Shown one piece after another: positions 61,699-64,000 of a stretch of DNA of 64,000 nt (its first letter is position 1; each line of letters begins with the position of its first letter). The translations under genes and the position numbers were made by a program. The notes below the pieces were generated by a model. That model did no database searches and had not been told where the DNA came from. It was given only the letters and a program-made list of their open reading frames with translations. Source of the DNA: a virus (lineage: Duplodnaviria > Caudoviricetes); IMG/VR virus record IMGVR_UViG_3300042431_000223, positions 1 to 64,000 of that record; one strand, 5' to 3'.

Positions 61699-63584
61699 AT
61701 GATTAATAGTTTAGAATCTAGGACTTGTTTTTCTGTTTTAAGAGTTAAGATATAAACTCCGTCAGGTAATCTTTCCAAATCTACACTGTATCTATAACTT
61801 CCTACAGGCATGTGCTTGTCTAGAATATTTTGGACTAACTGACCTATTTCATTGTACAAAGACAAGTTTACGTCAGACTCTTCAGCTATCTTGAATTGTA
61901 CTTGAATGGCACCTTCAGAAGGATTTGGAAAAGCAATTAAATCACTTACTTGGTTCATGGATACAGTTCCTTTTCTACGAACCTCAATGATACCCATAGT
62001 AGGCGTAATTACCATGTCTCTTGCTTTGTCATCACCTACGTATTTTTCAGATGTCCAGATAGCTGCAGTAGCCCAAGAGTCTTGAGGTTTCTTAGCAATA
62101 AACTGAAGCGTAAATACAGCCTCTCCGTCATTCAATAGATTAGAATTGGTTAAGTCTGCGCCGCCCCAAGAAACAATTCCATTAGAACGGTTAGTGTAAG
62201 AAGTCCATTTCATAATCTTTTCAGTTACTTCTACGTTCTTAAATTCTAAGTAAGCAGTGTCGTACTTAAGATCTAACTGAAGAGCACCCAAAGATTTTCC
62301 ATTTGTAAGAACTTTAACTGGTACGTTTACTAAGTTTCCACTCTCAACGGTAATTTTCGGCATGTTAATTTCTACTTTATCTAAAGTAGGATTGTCGTAA
62401 GATACTGTTTGGTCAATAATGTATTTCTTAGCATTTGCTTGGTTGACAATCTTAATAGGAGTCAAACGAGCCATCTTAAATCCAGTAGAGTTTGCATCCC
62501 CTTTTACTGCTACGTAATAGGTGATAGAGTCTCTACCATCAATAGTGTAATTAAAGTTATTTACTGTAGCATAAGTTGAAGTTAAGTTAGATGTAGCTCC
62601 GTTAATTGAGTTGTACTCAGCAACAGTAAAGAACATTACATCTTTCTTAGAGTTAGGCCAAGAAGTAAATCTACCTGCTAATCTTCCGTATACTGAGTAT
62701 ACGTCGGCAATATTAATGTCTCCAGTAGTTCCGTTTACGTCCATTGTATAGTAGTCAAATCCTGTTGGAGTGTATTGCCCTAAAATAGATTGGTTAATCT
62801 TCTGTGCATCCGCAGTAGAGAATACGTTACCTGGAGTCATTGTGTCTCCTTTAACGACCATGCGGACATCCCAATATGTAGTATCTAAAAATTCTCTAAA
62901 CACAACATGTCCTACAGAGTTAGTTGCTTTAGCATCTACTTGAGTCCAAGACCCAGTTGGTGCTTTCTTTTCTAAAGACACCCACAAGTTCTTAGCATCA
63001 GAACCTGTTACGTTCTTAAATTTAGCAGCAAAGCGAAGAACCTTCTGATTGAAACGACCACCATAAGAATAAACTACTAACGTAGTATCGTTACCCCAGT
63101 TAGTAGCAGCTTTGTTTGCAAATGATTTCACACCTGCAACTTTCATAGTTTTGATAGAATCTAAGTTGTTCCATACAGCACTACTAGCATGCGTAAATGT
63201 CAAGTCAAAAGTTGCTCCGTTAGAATAGTTAAAAGTAGCACTAGAACCTGTGTACGCTAAAGTTACAGTTAAGAATCCTTGTGCGTTACTATCTACATAC
63301 TGAAGATATTGGTCTGAAGTAGAAATTTTCAAGGAAGGTACTACAGCAGTAAATGCAGTGTTATCGTAGAATATACGAAACTGCATACCTGTGATCTTTT
63401 CAGAAGTAGAAGTGTTATAGAAGTGAAGGGGTGCTACAGTCTGTCCTACAGTAGTTGTAGCCACTTGATAACCTGAGTCAATAACAACCCAATGTCCCGT
63501 ACCTGGAGAAGTGTTTGCACTTTGTGCAAATAAGTCAGTAGCCAAGGTTATTACCCCGACTACAAATAGAATTAATTTTTTCAT
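61695..63584 (-). CDS. T9SS cargo protein: signal peptide, cohesin-like, Cna-B-like, dockerin-like, cohesin, type A CTD
   Basis: SP ...TDLFA|Q; ITGMQFRIFYDNTAF and LGALQLDLKYDTAYLEF cohesin patterns; STADAQKINQSILG...DVNGTTGDINIAD dockerin-like segment; CTD AFPNPS...SLYNEIGQLV...LPDGVYILTL...KLLII. Confidence 0.88.
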   Translation of the reverse strand: MKKLILFVVGVITLATDLFAQSANTSPGTGHWVVIDSGYQVATTTVGQTVAPLHFYNTSTSEKITGMQFRIFYDNTAFTAVVPSLKISTSDQYLQYVDSNAQGFLTVTLAYTGSSATFNYSNGATFDLTFTHASSAVWNNLDSIKTMKVAGVKSFANKAATNWGNDTTLVVYSYGGRFNQKVLRFAAKFKNVTGSDAKNLWVSLEKKAPTGSWTQVDAKATNSVGHVVFREFLDTTYWDVRMVVKGDTMTPGNVFSTADAQKINQSILGQYTPTGFDYYTMDVNGTTGDINIADVYSVYGRLAGRFTSWPNSKKDVMFFTVAEYNSINGATSNLTSTYATVNNFNYTIDGRDSITYYVAVKGDANSTGFKMARLTPIKIVNQANAKKYIIDQTVSYDNPTLDKVEINMPKITVESGNLVNVPVKVLTNGKSLGALQLDLKYDTAYLEFKNVEVTEKIMKWTSYTNRSNGIVSWGGADLTNSNLLNDGEAVFTLQFIAKKPQDSWATAAIWTSEKYVGDDKARDMVITPTMGIIEVRRKGTVSMNQVSDLIAFPNPSEGAIQVQFKIAEESDVNLSLYNEIGQLVQNILDKHMPVGSYRYSVDLERLPDGVYILTLKTEKQVLDSKLLII

Positions 63585-64000
63585 TGTCTATATTTTTGCA
63601 GTTTTTCATAAAGATTTGTCAGTAACCATGACTCAGGGGTTGGAATTTTTTGGATGAAGGATAACTCGTACATGTAGCATTTATATTCTTCTTCCGCTTC
63701 ACTCATGACAATGCCTTCTTTTGCGTAGAAAAGATGTTGACTCTCATGAACTAAAACGCAAGCTAAGTTGTTAATTGAATTTAACTTAATGTCTGCGTCT
63801 GCTACAAGTATGGTATAGCGACCTTCAACTATACCTGTGGAAGAAAAAGAACTGTTCCAAAAATCAATCCGCTCACATACTTCAGTAAAAACTATGTACT
63901 TATCGATATCATAGTTTTTAATTAGGCTGATTGCCGAATCAATTTTTAAGTCCCAGCCATCCCCTGCCTTTGACAATGTTTGACAAAAGCAGGAGTTGAC
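63581..64000 (-). CDS. Putative secreted zinc metallopeptidase; 5' end lies outside the window
   Basis: The frame stays open to base 64000 (VNSCFC|QTLSKAGDGW...), consistent with the tail of a signal peptide; LVHESQH (HExxH) plus downstream EEYKCY. Confidence 0.65.
   Translation of the reverse strand, partial: VNSCFCQTLSKAGDGWDLKIDSAISLIKNYDIDKYIVFTEVCERIDFWNSSFSSTGIVEGRYTILVADADIKLNSINNLACVLVHESQHLFYAKEGIVMSEAEEEYKCYMYELSFIQKIPTPESWLLTNLYEKLQKYRQ

Noticed and set aside
1090-62138. All plus-strand ORFs in the track (e.g. 5222-5500, 11114-11470, 20089-20571, 26066-26458, 43415-43747)
   Set aside because: They lie antisense to long minus-strand genes and have the Ser/Leu/Phe-rich composition of reverse-complemented coding DNA; no motifs, promoters or gaps support them.
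1771-63976. Stop-codon reassignment (TAG or TGA), known in some Crassvirales
   Set aside because: Genes up to 8.4 kb are intact in code 11, and TAA, TGA (e.g. 31752, 33632, 61695) and TAG (57585, 61026) all serve as stops at tight gene junctions.
1-64000. tRNA, rRNA, CRISPR array, integrase or IS elements
   Set aside because: Intergenic gaps are short (about 150 nt or less) and are explained by promoters and terminators; no cloverleaf, spaced direct repeats or recombinase motifs were seen.

Overview
This 64-kb AT-rich window is the late/virion half of a crAss-like (Crassvirales-type) podophage infecting a Bacteroidota host. Host evidence: six Bacteroidota housekeeping promoters (TTG-N19/20-TAnnTTTG), a T9SS C-terminal sorting domain, and signal peptides cleaved before Gln. 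All credible genes are on the minus strand and read in standard code 11. Order in transcription direction (64000->1): (1) an accessory envelope operon with a secreted HExxH peptidase, a cohesin/dockerin T9SS cargo protein, two small membrane proteins, a CsgG/HfaB-like lipoprotein, a putative beta-barrel protein, a C-type-lectin/dockerin protein and a small secreted protein; (2) wHTH, HU-like and Zn-finger genes, a TerS candidate, TerL, portal, scaffold-like protein and major capsid; (3) ring, auxiliary capsid, fibre and muzzle genes plus a ferritin-like gene; (4) GG-motif cargo proteins; (5) three giant ejected proteins (2462, 2792 and 2275 aa), the middle one being the virion RNA polymerase (DYDID); (6) holin and spanin-like genes, then a secreted non-specific nuclease that the ORF track missed. 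Best leads: (a) the phage-encoded cell-surface system combining T9SS cargo, cohesin-dockerin modules, a lectin and a CsgG-like protein; (b) the three giant proteins contain only four Cys in 7,529 aa, all at the termini and positioned for head-to-tail disulfide chaining in gene order; (c) an AlkB dioxygenase domain fused to the virion RNAP; (d) a beta-barrel-like cargo segment bracketed by repeated [MFY]xxG[GA] motifs. All family assignments come from motif recognition and synteny by eye; no database searches were run.
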